Below, piece after piece: positions 36,914 to 49,400 of a stretch of DNA of 64,000 nucleotides (within the stretch, counting starts at the first letter, position 1; each line of letters starts with the position of its first letter). This DNA comes from Trichinella spiralis (taxonomy: Eukaryota), in NCBI RefSeq assembly GCF_000181795.1, contig NW_003526948.1, positions 1,253,444 to 1,317,443 of the forward strand, read 5' to 3'. Under the pieces are notes generated by a model, which searched no databases, was not told the origin of the DNA, and saw only the letters and a list, made by a program, of their open reading frames with translations. The position numbers and the translations under genes are program-made.

Positions 36914-39900
36914 ATGACACCTGCAACTGACCTGAAATTTGATTACTGTTTGTTGTAAGAAGTTTTCTTTTTTTTTTAAATTTTCCATACGCAGTTCATC
37001 TGTGTATTTTATATTATTTATGTGGAAGATTGGTCATCTTGTCAGTAAGTGTAGTATAAATGTTTTGCTTTTTTTCAAATTTTAGGCACATTTTTAAAGA
37101 AAAGTTTTGCCTACAACCATGCACGGAAACTCTTACACCACTCACAGATTTGTGTTTGTGTTTTCACCGAATATCGATGGACATCAAATTTCAGCGTAAT
37201 ATTCATATTCATATTTTTATTTGTTCTTTGACTGTTGTTGATTTTAATTCAATTCTGTTTAGCATTTGTTTTAACGAATGACGATCCGATTATTGAAAGC
37301 AGGCGGATCTGTTGTTTGTTTGGTGTGATTCATTTGTTATCAGGTGAATATGGTTCTCTGAATTCAAATTTTTATTTATCTTGTTCAGCAGTCATTCGGT
37401 CATTTCAGGTCCTTATCTTATCGTTGTCGAAGAAAGTGTATGCATTGGAAAGATTTACCATCAAAAGATTTTCAAAGCTACCAAATGCACAGTTTTTCCG
37501 TTTGCATCCTCTTTGCTTCATCTGAGCGAATCTGAGGTATAAGTATTCATTTTGTTCATACTATTAAGTATACCATCTTGTTCAAGTGTTCAATTTTAGA
37601 TTCAAGATAACATTATTTATGTCGATATGCTTCAAAGTGTTTTGAACACAGAAAGCTTTTACTATTCGACGACCTTCGACCTGACACACACATTGCAACG
37701 TCTTCATAACACGAGCCCAGAATTTCTGACTATGGCTTTGTATGAAAGGGTTGGTGCTAATAATTGAACAAAAAGTAGCATCAACATTTGAATCACAATT
37801 CTTTTAGGCTGATCAAAGATTTGTTTGGAATTATCACATGTTACAAGATTTATTCAATGTGATTCAAGTGAGTTGATTTTTTTGCGATCAAGTTTAATCG
37901 TTTTTGTGCATTATAAATATATTTTTCGTGTAAAATCTGAATTTCACAGTATACAACCGTTTTAATATTTTGATTTTCAAGTACTGTTGTTCAAGTAACA
38001 TTTTTGTTTAAAATTTTTTAAAATATTTATTTATTTGTAACTTTTCAGCTCTATCCTTTTTAAAATAAACATTAAAAAACACTAAATCGGTATTTGTTGA
38101 GATGAAACACAGGGTTTGTTTTGTACTGATTGATCTGTTTTTATTGGTCTTTGTCATATCGCTTTGTATACGTTGATCAGGTAGAACGAAATGAAAATGT
38201 GAACGGTTTTCCCTATGAAATGTTCGCAGTTCCAATGATGCTGGGATTTGTTGAAATTCGAGATTGCGTAGTGGCTGGCAATAGTTTCAAGTTGATTTTA
38301 ATTTCACGACGATCCTGCCATCGAGCTGGTGTTCGATTTCATACCAGGGGTATTGACAGTGACGGCAATGCGGCAAATTTCATTGAAACAGAGCAAATTC
38401 TTGAAGTTGAAGATCGGCTCAGCTCTTTTGTTCAGGTACTGATTGAAATATTGGATTGATTTTTGTCTTTTTTGAAATATTTGTATTTGTTCAAGACCAG
38501 AGGTTCGGCTCCGGTATTTTGGACCCAGAAACCGAATCTTCGATGGCTCCCGTGTCCAAAACTTTTGCAGAAAGATCACACTGAAGGCTTTCGGTATCAC
38601 ATATCGTGGCAAACCCATACTTATGGCAATCAGGTAATAATCAGTTTGTTGAACAAGCGCGGTAGAGAGAAATGTATCGGAGATGCGTTGGAATACGTTG
38701 TTCGAGAAGCTGGAGCGCATGATGTGAAGTAGGAATTTTTTTAATCTGTTGTTTTTTTTCTTATTCGCACAGTTATAGACCAATCCGTTTTTTCTTTTTT
38801 TTTATCATTTTAGGCTAATATCGATTGATTTTCATCAAGAATGCAAAAATATGAATTTTGATCGTTTGAATTATTTGATCGATCAACTGATGCCCGAAAT
38901 TCATCGACTTGGGTATGAAAGGCTAAATTTTCTTTTACTTTTAATTGTTAATTTCATTTTTTTAAAAGTTTTTTTTGTTTACAGATACTTTTCAATTAAG
39001 AAAGGAGACACCGCAGAATTGAAAATGCAGACCGGCGTTTTTCGAACAAACTGCATGGATTGCTTGGATAGAACGAACGTTGTGCAAAGCATGATTGCAA
39101 AGCGTTCTCTGGAATGTCAGTTTCAAGTATGTTTTGTAATTTAAATAAATTAATTATTTATTGTTGTTGTTGTTGTTGTTAAATTTATTTTTAGTCAATG
39201 AAAATTCTTCGCTCGGGTGATTCATTGTTTCGTTATCCCGCATTCGAGTCAATATACAGGAATCGTAAGTTGAATTGTTTTTTATTTAAATTTTTACAAT
39301 TTATGTTTCATGTTGTGTTTTAGTTTGGGCTGACAATGGAGATGCTTGTAGTGTTCAGTATGCAGGTACTGCTGCTTTGAAGTCTGATTTTACCCGGTAA
39401 ATAATGTTCTTGCTGTTGTTGTTGCTGTTATATATTATTTATATTATAATTATATAATATTATATAGTTATAACATATTGCAAAAAATAGCAATTGTATA
39501 ATGTTGAATTTAGAACTGGAAAGCGTACATTTGCAGGCCTTGCGCAGGACGGGTACAATGCGCTTGTTCGTTGGTATATTAACAATTTTAACGACGGTTT
39601 CAGACAAGCAAGTTGAAGCTCATTTTAGCAAAATGTCCACTGATTTGATTTTGTCCTTTTTTTTTGTATATTTCGAAACTCAGGATGCGCTTGATTTGTT
39701 TCTGGGAAGCTATTTACGAAATGATCTTCTTGGTTTGAAATATGCTTATTCACGAACTTCTTATATTTCAGTTTTGGTAAGACTGTGAAATCTTTTTTTT
39801 TGAATTTAAACTTAACATTGATTTCTTTTACCATTATTTCAATAGATTCCTTCGTGCTTTGTTTTTTCTGTGTGCATGTTCATTCTTAGCGCATTTCTTA

Positions 39901-40102
39901 TGAAAGGTGAGAATTTATTATTTCAATTTATGTATGTATTAACGTGTTTGTTTGTTTAGATAGTTCTTTAACGTATACAATGTTTTGGCTTGCTGTCCTT
40001 TTCAGTTTGATGGTTTTTATTGGATTATATGGTGAAAAAATTGCCGAATCCCCTACTTTAAAGCAAAATATTAAAGAAAACACTCGCGATATTCCGTTTT
40101 AA
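36914..40102 (+). CDS. sac-1: Phosphatidylinositide phosphatase SAC1, multi-exon
   Basis: [70 protein letters not shown], catalytic [35 protein letters not shown], and two C-terminal TM segments. Confidence 0.94.
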
Positions 40103-42158
40103 ATTTGTTCAAGTTGAAAATCTATTTTCGATTCTTCTTATATAATCATCATTATTGGAAATATAAAATCAAATGAACTGCTGATATTATTGGAAAAGTG
40201 TAGTGATTATATTTTTATGCTGTTTATTTAAATCAGCTGTTGTGAAAGTGTTGTCACTTTTGAACTTGAAAGTAAAATTTGAGGTGGAAACTGTTTTTTT
40301 TTGTTTGAAATCGGGCAGTTTTTGCACAATGGATATCTTGTGTGTAATTTCGAATTTGAAAAAATACTTTTAGTGACACGTTGGTGAACAAGCATTTTAA
40401 CGATGTATTCAACTTCTCGAATTTGTCGTTTATTGAAAAGCAGGTACACTTTTCTATTCGAAAACGTTTTTTTTTCAATCACATGAATTCAATATTGCTA
40501 TATATATATATATACTTTTTTTCATTTATTACTTTTTAAATAAGACAAATTTGAATTATGGAATGTATATTAGAGACGTTGTGATAACTAAAATTGGATG
40601 TGATTTTCATTGTTTAAGTGAAGGATGAGAATGTGGATGAGAAGTTTTGATTTCGATTTTTTTCAAATTGTCGAAATTTGATATACCATGTATTTAATAG
40701 TAGTGTTTTCATTGTATTAGTTGGGAGAACAACTTATTCAGCTACCGTAAGTTTTCAGTTTACTGTTGATCATCTTTCACCATGATAATAATTTTGGTCA
40801 TTTTAATTTTAATACTGACTGATATGCATAATTTTATTGTTAAAACAAAAGTTACAAAGCCAAGTTATGAAATTCCAATTCATAACAAGAAATTTGAAAG
40901 CTTTCTTCAAATAGTTGCCTGAAGCTAATCGACAACTTTTCTCTTTGTGCTTGTGCTTTCTTATTCAGTGTGAAATATGCATTCGACGACGGCAGTTTTC
41001 AATACAAAGCAGTTTTGTAAACATGCAAGTGCAATATTGTCATTTGAATATATTTTTGTGCATTTTACTTGCTTATGTAGTAGTCATCGGATGATGACTA
41101 CAAAAAAGAACAAGTTTTCCACTGTCAACAAGCTCGTCCCGGTTGACAACATTATGTGATTTGTTTTTAGTATTTTTCCTTAGGCAAGCTCCAATTGAGC
41201 CATATAGTCGTGTAGTAAATAAACGTGAACAAAAATCTCCCATGGGAAATTGAATTTTGGTCATTTCAGTTTAGCTCTGTCGAGAATTATTCTCTGTTCA
41301 GTTATTAAATTGAAAGTGCCTTCTTACGGTTTTATTTTTTCCAACTACCGCTTCGAGAGAGAAAAAAGATTGACAAACCACACAGTTCAGATGTATTTTA
41401 AAAAAATAATAAATGAAAGATGGCAAATTATTTTTCCATAATTTATTCACTGTGAACTAAATGCAGACTGGTCACAGTCACGATGATAAACAGGTGAAAG
41501 CGGCCTGCTAGATAGTCAATCGATTGACGACACGCGTTCTTGAAGATGATTGGTTGTTTGAGCAAGAATATTTGCAGACGCTATTGGTAATTGCTCGGCT
41601 GACTCCGCCTCTTCATCAGCGGTATCATCAATCGGTTGTGAGCCAAGTCTGGCCATCACAAGATAACGGAATACTGTACGAAAAGTGTTTCATTCTTGAA
41701 TTGATCGGGTACGCTGCACGTCGCTCTTCTCTTTTCCCTCTCTATTTCTCTCTTGCTCTATTCCCCTTTCCCCCTGCTCCCTTTCTGTCCCTCTATCTGC
41801 CCCTGTTTCCTTTTCACTCGACCAATCTTTCTCTTTTTCTCTCTATTACTCTTTTTTATTCTCTTGATATTCGTCATTTTCAATATTCTTATTCTAGCTA
41901 TTTATTCGTATTATTCTTTTTCTGTTTAAATAATATCAATCTCTTTCTCATATTTATTACGACATGATATTATTACTTTATGAAAGATTAGAGTAATAAT
42001 TTACAGATTGGTTGTTTATTGAAATTTATCTTGGGTTATTTGATAAATTATTTTTTCTGTTGTTTTATGTGAACGTTGAAGATTCTTTGAATGAAGAAAC
42101 AATAGAAACTACGAAACAAAATACATTGTTTGCAGCTGAACTGTAATGTGTTGTAGTC

Positions 42159-45100
42159 ATGGTGGAAGAATGCACGCCCAACGATGATACGGTCAGTCAC
42201 AAAGCGTTGCGCCAAACAACAAATCGCACTCCAAAAACGAACAATGTTAACAAAGACAGCGGCTGTGGGTCCAGTATGTTCTTAACAATTCGTCGCTTTG
42301 GATATAGTTGAAAATGAAATTTGACAATTTGAATTCAAATGATATTATTTTAGGAAAGCGATCGTCCATTTGCAACGGCTGTGGTCATGAAATACTTGAT
42401 CAGTATATTTTGCGAGTTTCACCGGATTTGGAATGGCACGCTGCTTGCTTGAAATGCGTCGACTGCAGGCAATTTTTAGACGAAACATGCACATGCTTCG
42501 TCCGTGATGGGAAACCATACTGCAAACTCGACTACGTCAGGTTTGTGGTTTTATTGTTTTTACAATTTAAATGAAAGTGATCGACAAAATCTGTTCAGAC
42601 TGTTCGGAGTGCGATGCAGCAAGTGTGGAGAAGTTTTTGACAGGAATGATTACGTTATGAGAGCAAAAAACAATCTTTACCACATTAGCTGTTTCAAATG
42701 TGTGGTTTGCACTCGACCACTGCTGCCTGGCGATGAGTTTGCGCTCAGGCATATCGCATTGTATTGTAAAGCGGATTATGAACTAGCTGAAAGGAACAGC
42801 TTATGCCTCTCAACCGAAACCAGCAACGAGTCACAGCTAGAAGAGCACTCCGGTGAGTAAACAGTTGTTATTGTAATTTTATTACTATTGCAAGCAGTTC
42901 TAACTGAATTTGAAAAAGATTGTTCAATTCTAAATTTAAATTGCCCAATGAAAATGTCCTATTTCAGCTGATGTGCAAGCTACACTGAATGCATTGCATC
43001 ATCCAAGTGGACAGTCACCATTGTCCAGTGAAAGCACATCCTGTTATCGTAATCTTGGCCAAGATGACAGCCCGGTTAGCAAAAGTGGGAATGTGGTATT
43101 GAACATGGGTTTAGGAACTAGTGGAAGTTCTTACAGTAACGGCTGTGGACAAAGTACACCCGAACTAACTTCGACAAGTCCACAAGTGTCAGCCGGTTCA
43201 GTTGGGCAGCAACCGTTTGCACAGAAAAAGGACAAAAGGGAAAAGCCGAAAACAACTCGCGTTCGTACGGTGCTCAATGAAAAACAACTGCACACGTTGC
43301 GCACTTGCTATGCAGCCAATCCCAGACCGGACGCTTTGATGAAAGAGCAACTCGTCGAAATGACGGGCCTTTCACCAAGGGTAATTCGAGTATGGTTCCA
43401 GAACAAGCGTTGCAAAGATAAGAAGAAGCAGCTCATCATGAAACAGATTCAGCAACAGCATGTCAAGGTGAGAGGAAATTTATTTTCTACAACTTCCCCA
43501 CTCCCTTCAACTTTTCAATTCTGTTGTCAATCATCAGTTGGGTGGAAATTGTATATTTTTCTCTTTTCAAAGAATAGAAGTAAAAAAATGTTTCTGAAAA
43601 AATATAATCCACTAAATCAAGATGGACACATTCTCTGTTGAAATCAAAGTTCAACGAATGATTTCTCCTTCACATCCACCACTGTTCACTAATCCAATTA
43701 AGCACAACATGTAATGTGATTTTCAACAATCACAGTGGACATTGTTGCTGTTGGAAATTACAAATTTGGATAGAATTTTATGTAAAATTATTATTGCAAA
43801 TTAAAATCTGAACTGATTTTATTATTAATTGGGAAAGATTTTTTGAAAAGTATTTCCATCAACTTTGCTGTATTCGCACACACATCTAGAACATTTTACA
43901 GTATTTGTTTCAGTTGAGCTGTTTTCTCGAACAGGAAAACTGTTCGTTACTGGTTGTAAGACATCATTTACGTTGCTTGAGAAAATGTGTTATTGTAATT
44001 TCATTCTACTTTATTCTGAGCATTTTAATCATATTTTTTCTATAGAAATTGTAAGATACTTTGATGTAAGACAATCTTAAAATCAGATTAATAGCTAAAT
44101 GTATTTCATGCCTTTGTTGTATTTCTTCAGAAAAGAAACAGCAATTCATTGAATAGTGATTTCAAAATTTATATTTAAACAGACAAGACTTGTTTTTTTT
44201 CTTAATGAGCATATTCTAATCTATTTAAACAATTCCAATGGAGTATTCAAAATAGCTGAGTTTCATAAACAACCCTTTCAATTCTTTATGTTTACCTCAG
44301 GGAAACTCGTTTCAGCATTTTGTATTAGCATTATTGCTTAATATAGTGTGTTTTGATATGCTGAGAATTTGAATATTTCAAAAGAAATAATTTATTCAAT
44401 TTTAATACATTCGGCTAATTGTATATATGAACAAACGATGTGCTTACAATAAAGAATACCCTTCATTGGCGTAAATTGATGCTGAAACAGTAATGGACAA
44501 CAGAATTATATATGTATGATGTGTAATAATAAAACAACAAACGATGATTCTTTTACTATGGACAACTTGTTGAAGTTGGCATTCACCGTTTCACACTATT
44601 TGCGTAATCAAACAGCGTCCAGCAAACACGGAACAGTGACAACGTTTGATCAAGTGTTATAAGTAAATAAATACACAAGCATTTTCAAGACAACCGGCTT
44701 TTTCATTTTATTCCCCCTAAGTTGAAGCTTGAAGTTAGAGAGCAGCGAATAAGTTAGGGAACAAGTGTCCACACACGCACACATACACACACACACACAC
44801 ACAGTTGAATAAGTAGCAAGCACTGCGGCTTCTGAACGTGTGAAAATTTCACCGCAAACTGGTGGCGTAAACCAGTAAGCAGCATGCGAGCTATAGATCT
44901 GAAATTTTCACATCGAGCTGGTCTTTGTTAAACTGTCATTTCATTTCCTTTTATAAAATCTTTTCTTTTTGATTCTGTTCAATTGTTCAGATTGATATGA
45001 TTGTGCATTGTTTTAGAATCAAACGCTGAATGGTATCCGAATGCAAGGCGTGGGCCCGTTGATTGCCAGCAGCCCATCCAGACATGACGTACCGCTGATT

Positions 45101-46421
45101 TCAGCTATTGAGGTTCAACAGTATCAACAAAACGCAGTATGGATGAAAAGTGCTGGCCGTACTATGCATGACTATCAGCCGGCTATGCCTGACGACTTGC
45201 CAACTACATCCGCTGTTGGTCAAGATTCTCAAACTCCTTTTCAACAACTTGTAAGCAGACTAAATTTTCTTCATACTTAAATTTCTTCAGCTTTTCCAAC
45301 TCGGTAACAATTTTGACATTTCTCTGGACATAAGTAATTTGTCCATATGCTTGAAATTTAGCAACTGTCAAAAGTTAAAACTTTGCAACAATGCAACGTT
45401 GTCGTGCTTTACTGTGATGAAAATCACTTCACTGCTTTAACCGTCAACACGGTCACTCATCATTGTCATTCAAGCTTCGAAGGAGTGGGGCAGAGGGATG
45501 TATTTGTTCGTTGAAAATAGTTTTCCGTAAAATGGGTGCAGCTTGTTGCTGTTCTCTACCAGTGAAAGCTTTTCATAACTCGAAATGACACGAAGCTAAT
45601 GAGCTAATGAAACATACAGACTGAATAATAACGCTCATAAAAATAACTTTGAAATATATTCATTTAATATTTATTATTGAAATTTCTCATGTGGATATAC
45701 TTTTAAAAAATGAATCTATACAAACAACTATTATCAAAGACATTCATCCTTACTGTGCCCTTCAATTGCCAAGTTTCCTTATTAGAAAGTCTTCTTATAT
45801 GTCAGAGAACGAATTATTTATTGACAGCTTTTTATTTGCATGCAGTAAATTATTCTTTCCTATTCATAAAATGATTCTCGTTGTGATTCAGATTCACAGT
45901 GATAAATTGCTATTGCTTACTACTCAACTGAAGAGCATTCTCGAATTGCGACTTAATTTCTTACTTGTGCAGAACGTCTTGATTGCAAAACGACTCCAAC
46001 AGTATTATACAGTCGTTTTCATATTTTTAACATAGTATTTATTTTGAAATATTTCTGAGAGAGGTATTTCAACCAACTATATATAAATATTTCTTTTCCA
46101 AGATAGAAGTAAGTGTATTTATTATTCATCAGTCAATGAAAACAGATTGCTGATGTTGTTGTACATAGAACATGTCAGGTTGGGTAAAATTACAAGAAAA
46201 TAAGCTTTTTATGGTTTTTGATTGTAAATTGGGAAATGGTTTCACTTTTCAGTTATAGAAGAAACTATTTTCAGATGCATGATTTTGGTGACTCATCAAT
46301 TCCACCGCTCAACTATATCTCATCTTCAGCTGCATTTAATGCAACACTGGATCCAGATTTGAGTATCATCTCGCCACAGCTTGTTTCATCAGACTTATCT
46401 AGCCCATCTTGCAGTGACTAG
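42159..46421 (+). CDS. lim-7: LIM-homeodomain transcription factor of the Islet class; exons approx. 42159-42273, 42354-42540, 42599-42852, 42968-43467, 45017-45250, 46275-46421
   Basis: LIM1 [32 protein letters not shown]2, homeodomain [58 protein letters not shown], and an Islet LIM-binding-type segment [20 protein letters not shown]. Confidence 0.95.
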
Positions 46422-49400
46422 CCTCAATAGTTGGGTACACAGACAGCATTTCGTCCAAACACAGTACCCAGTGATTGTGTATGTTTTACTTCGTATTTTA
46501 ATTTTTGCTTTAGTTGGTTTCTAGTCACCCGCCTATGCCCTTTTTTTTCTCTCTTCCTTTTTTATGTGCTATGTTTCAAGCATTTGAAATGAAAAAATCT
46601 TTTTCTTCCTACATTTGCTAGCGGCAATTTTATCAAATGATGAATCAAAAAATTTTCTTTATCGAAAATTTGATTTCATCTGCGATGCTTTTGTTCACAT
46701 CACTGAACCACATACCATTACTTTATGTTTGTGCTGATGCTTTTTCACTAGCAGATTTATTTTTTTCTCAACGCTGATTAAAAAAGCAGAAGCAGCTTTA
46801 TACATACATACATATATATATATTCACGTTGCAATTAATTTGATATCAATTTTTATTTTTCTTTCTTTCTTCTTTTTTTTCGAATGAAATCTTGTATAGT
46901 CAGACAAGCAAGCTGAGCTGAATTTTTTTTTCTTGTCTTGTATCTTCAATGAGCAGGTGGAAAAGCGTGTTGACGACAGCAATTGCGTAATGGTCAAATG
47001 AGTTACTTTGACCGGCACGTGGCAGTGAAAAATAAATTGAGCAGAAGGCAGTTGTAATTGCTGAAATCAGTTGAAGACGAGCTACTGAAGAACAAAGCCT
47101 GCTCATCTGACTTTTTGTCTGGAATCGACGACACCCGCTGTGAGTGGACTTGTTGTAAGATTGGATGCAATTGCTCAGGTCATTGTTCTCATCTTGTTCG
47201 CCTACTAATCACGCTGTCGGCTTAAGAAAACGTTGTGCTAAGCTGTCAAAGGTTATTACGCTAATCTACCTGAAGCTCGCCGCTAACTCAGCCTAGGCTA
47301 AATTGAGCCCAGTGATCAGGGAAAAGTGATCCAGCGACAAGGTGATCCGCTGTTCTCGTCTGAATCATATTTTAAACCGTGGTCGAATGTGTTTGTTTCG
47401 AAAAGCATCTTTCTCCGTTTACAATTCACCAGTCGCACAGTACTTGCTCACAAGCACCGTTTCACTGGCCACAAGCACACCAACCTGCTTGTTCGATCGA
47501 ATCACAATCGATATCAGTGCGTGCGGCATAAAGAGTGGAGTTAAATATTTAATGCGGATTAACATACTGCAAACAGAGGGGGCTCATCGAGTGCGCTCAT
47601 TGCGCACCGCACTGCGAATCCATTATACGCCTGTAACAGTAGACTTTCCCGACAAGAGCGATTTTTAAGCGGAGCTCTGGAGCGTTGAAGAAGCACGGCA
47701 TTCGTCTCTTCTGCCTTTCCTAATTGAAGGCGTCGCTAACCCCACTGGAAATCATGCTTCCGCATTGGAATATCAATGATTTCACAATTCTAAGTTCACG
47801 TTAATCAAAAGTCCCACCATGGGGACGTTTTGTGAAAAGATTGCTGTGCTCAGTTATCACTGTCAGTACTATCATCAAATCACTGTCACGTTACCAATTC
47901 TGAATGTGTACAAGCGAAAATTCTCACAGCTGACATTAAAAACCCACTGCAGAATAGTTTGATATTTGTTTAATCAATTGCACTGGAACACTTGTATGTA
48001 CTTCATGCTGAAAACATGCGAACGTTTATTGGAAAATTTTTGTTTTGTTTAAATGAGAAAATAGGACAAAAAAAACTATTAATAAGTGTTGCTTAGTGAG
48101 CATTTTTTTTCTTGAAAACTGCCGCAACTGAAATTGCTCTTGCCACTTCTTCTTCTTCTTCTTCTTCTTTTTCTTGCTTTCAATCAGTGATCATCAATTC
48201 CTTGTGTTGTTGTTGTGCGAAATTAAATTAAAATCTGATAAACAACTTTTATTATATATCTTCTCTGTAAATTTATTCAATTTCTTGATTTGATGTTCGC
48301 TTATCAACAGTAACTTTGCTAATTTGTTTGACTTTAATTGCAATTCTCTGATTTGGCAATTTTCTACAAAATTGTCATCACAGGGAACATCTTCTAATAG
48401 ATGTTCTAAAATTATGACATTATGTATATTTGTAGCTGTCGAAAACTGACATGGTATGGTTGGAAATTATAAAATGTGTGAAATTCTTGTTGAACGATAA
48501 GGTTGTGCTTGCTTTGAGCTGTATCTCCATTATTGCATGCATTGCAAAACGGTTCCATGAAATGCTTTTGAAATGCTGCCAACTTTTAGGATAAAGAATG
48601 TTGCGTAGAAGTGGTTTCTTTTTTTTTATTAATTCCAAAAGTAGTGTTTATAATTTCGTTAAAAGAGTGTCCAACTTTTTTACGTAAATGTTTTGTGAAT
48701 TACCCTTCTTGTGACGAAATTTGGTTTAAAAAATTCCCTTGAAGCTTACAGTTGATGATAATAAAGGTTTTCATAAAACGTAAAGCATTTTGTTCGACTT
48801 TAGTGCTAAATGGAAATTATGCGATGATGTGAAACGGAACTTTCAACTAGCTATTCAAGTATGAATAATTTTTGAGGAAATTAAAAAGTAGTGAAAGTCA
48901 TTTTTTCATTTTGTCGCTGTTTGTTATCTGTTTTTCCACTGTTGTCATGTATTGAAAATCTCAGAAGCAAATGTAATCCATTTATTACAAGAAGATGGAA
49001 TTTTTGAAAATTCCATTCATTCGTGCAGAAATAGTTTTTCATTTCGATATTTTCAAGCAGACATTTTCAGCCCAATAGGTTAGCTGTGAATTGCACTGTT
49101 AGAACCAAAGGCGGTATTGATTGTAGTCAACATGAAACTTTCTGTCCTAGTAACGGTGACGTTGGTTGTAGTGGAAAACAAAAGCTACAGCCAGCTCTGA
49201 ACAGACGTAGTAGCACTTTCCAGATTTTGCCCACGGTCACTAGAATATAGACAATGCGGTTCTTTGACTAAGAGCTAATGCGTTTCCGCGATGATGGCCG
49301 CGATTTATCGACATCCGCTTTTCATGCTTAATGTGAATGAAGAGCGCATAATCGTGAAGCCGAGTAGGTGACGAGCTTTCTTCCTACAAAGTTGAAGAGA

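Noticed and set aside
37020..37044. ATG exon with a GTAAGT donor as the SAC1 start
   Set aside because: It splices in the wrong phase for the conserved HIFKEKF frame; the ATG at 36914 fits.
41524..41967. 147-aa ORF upstream of Islet
   Set aside because: It runs through a CT-rich low-complexity promoter/UTR tract, has a non-ATG start and no recognisable homology.
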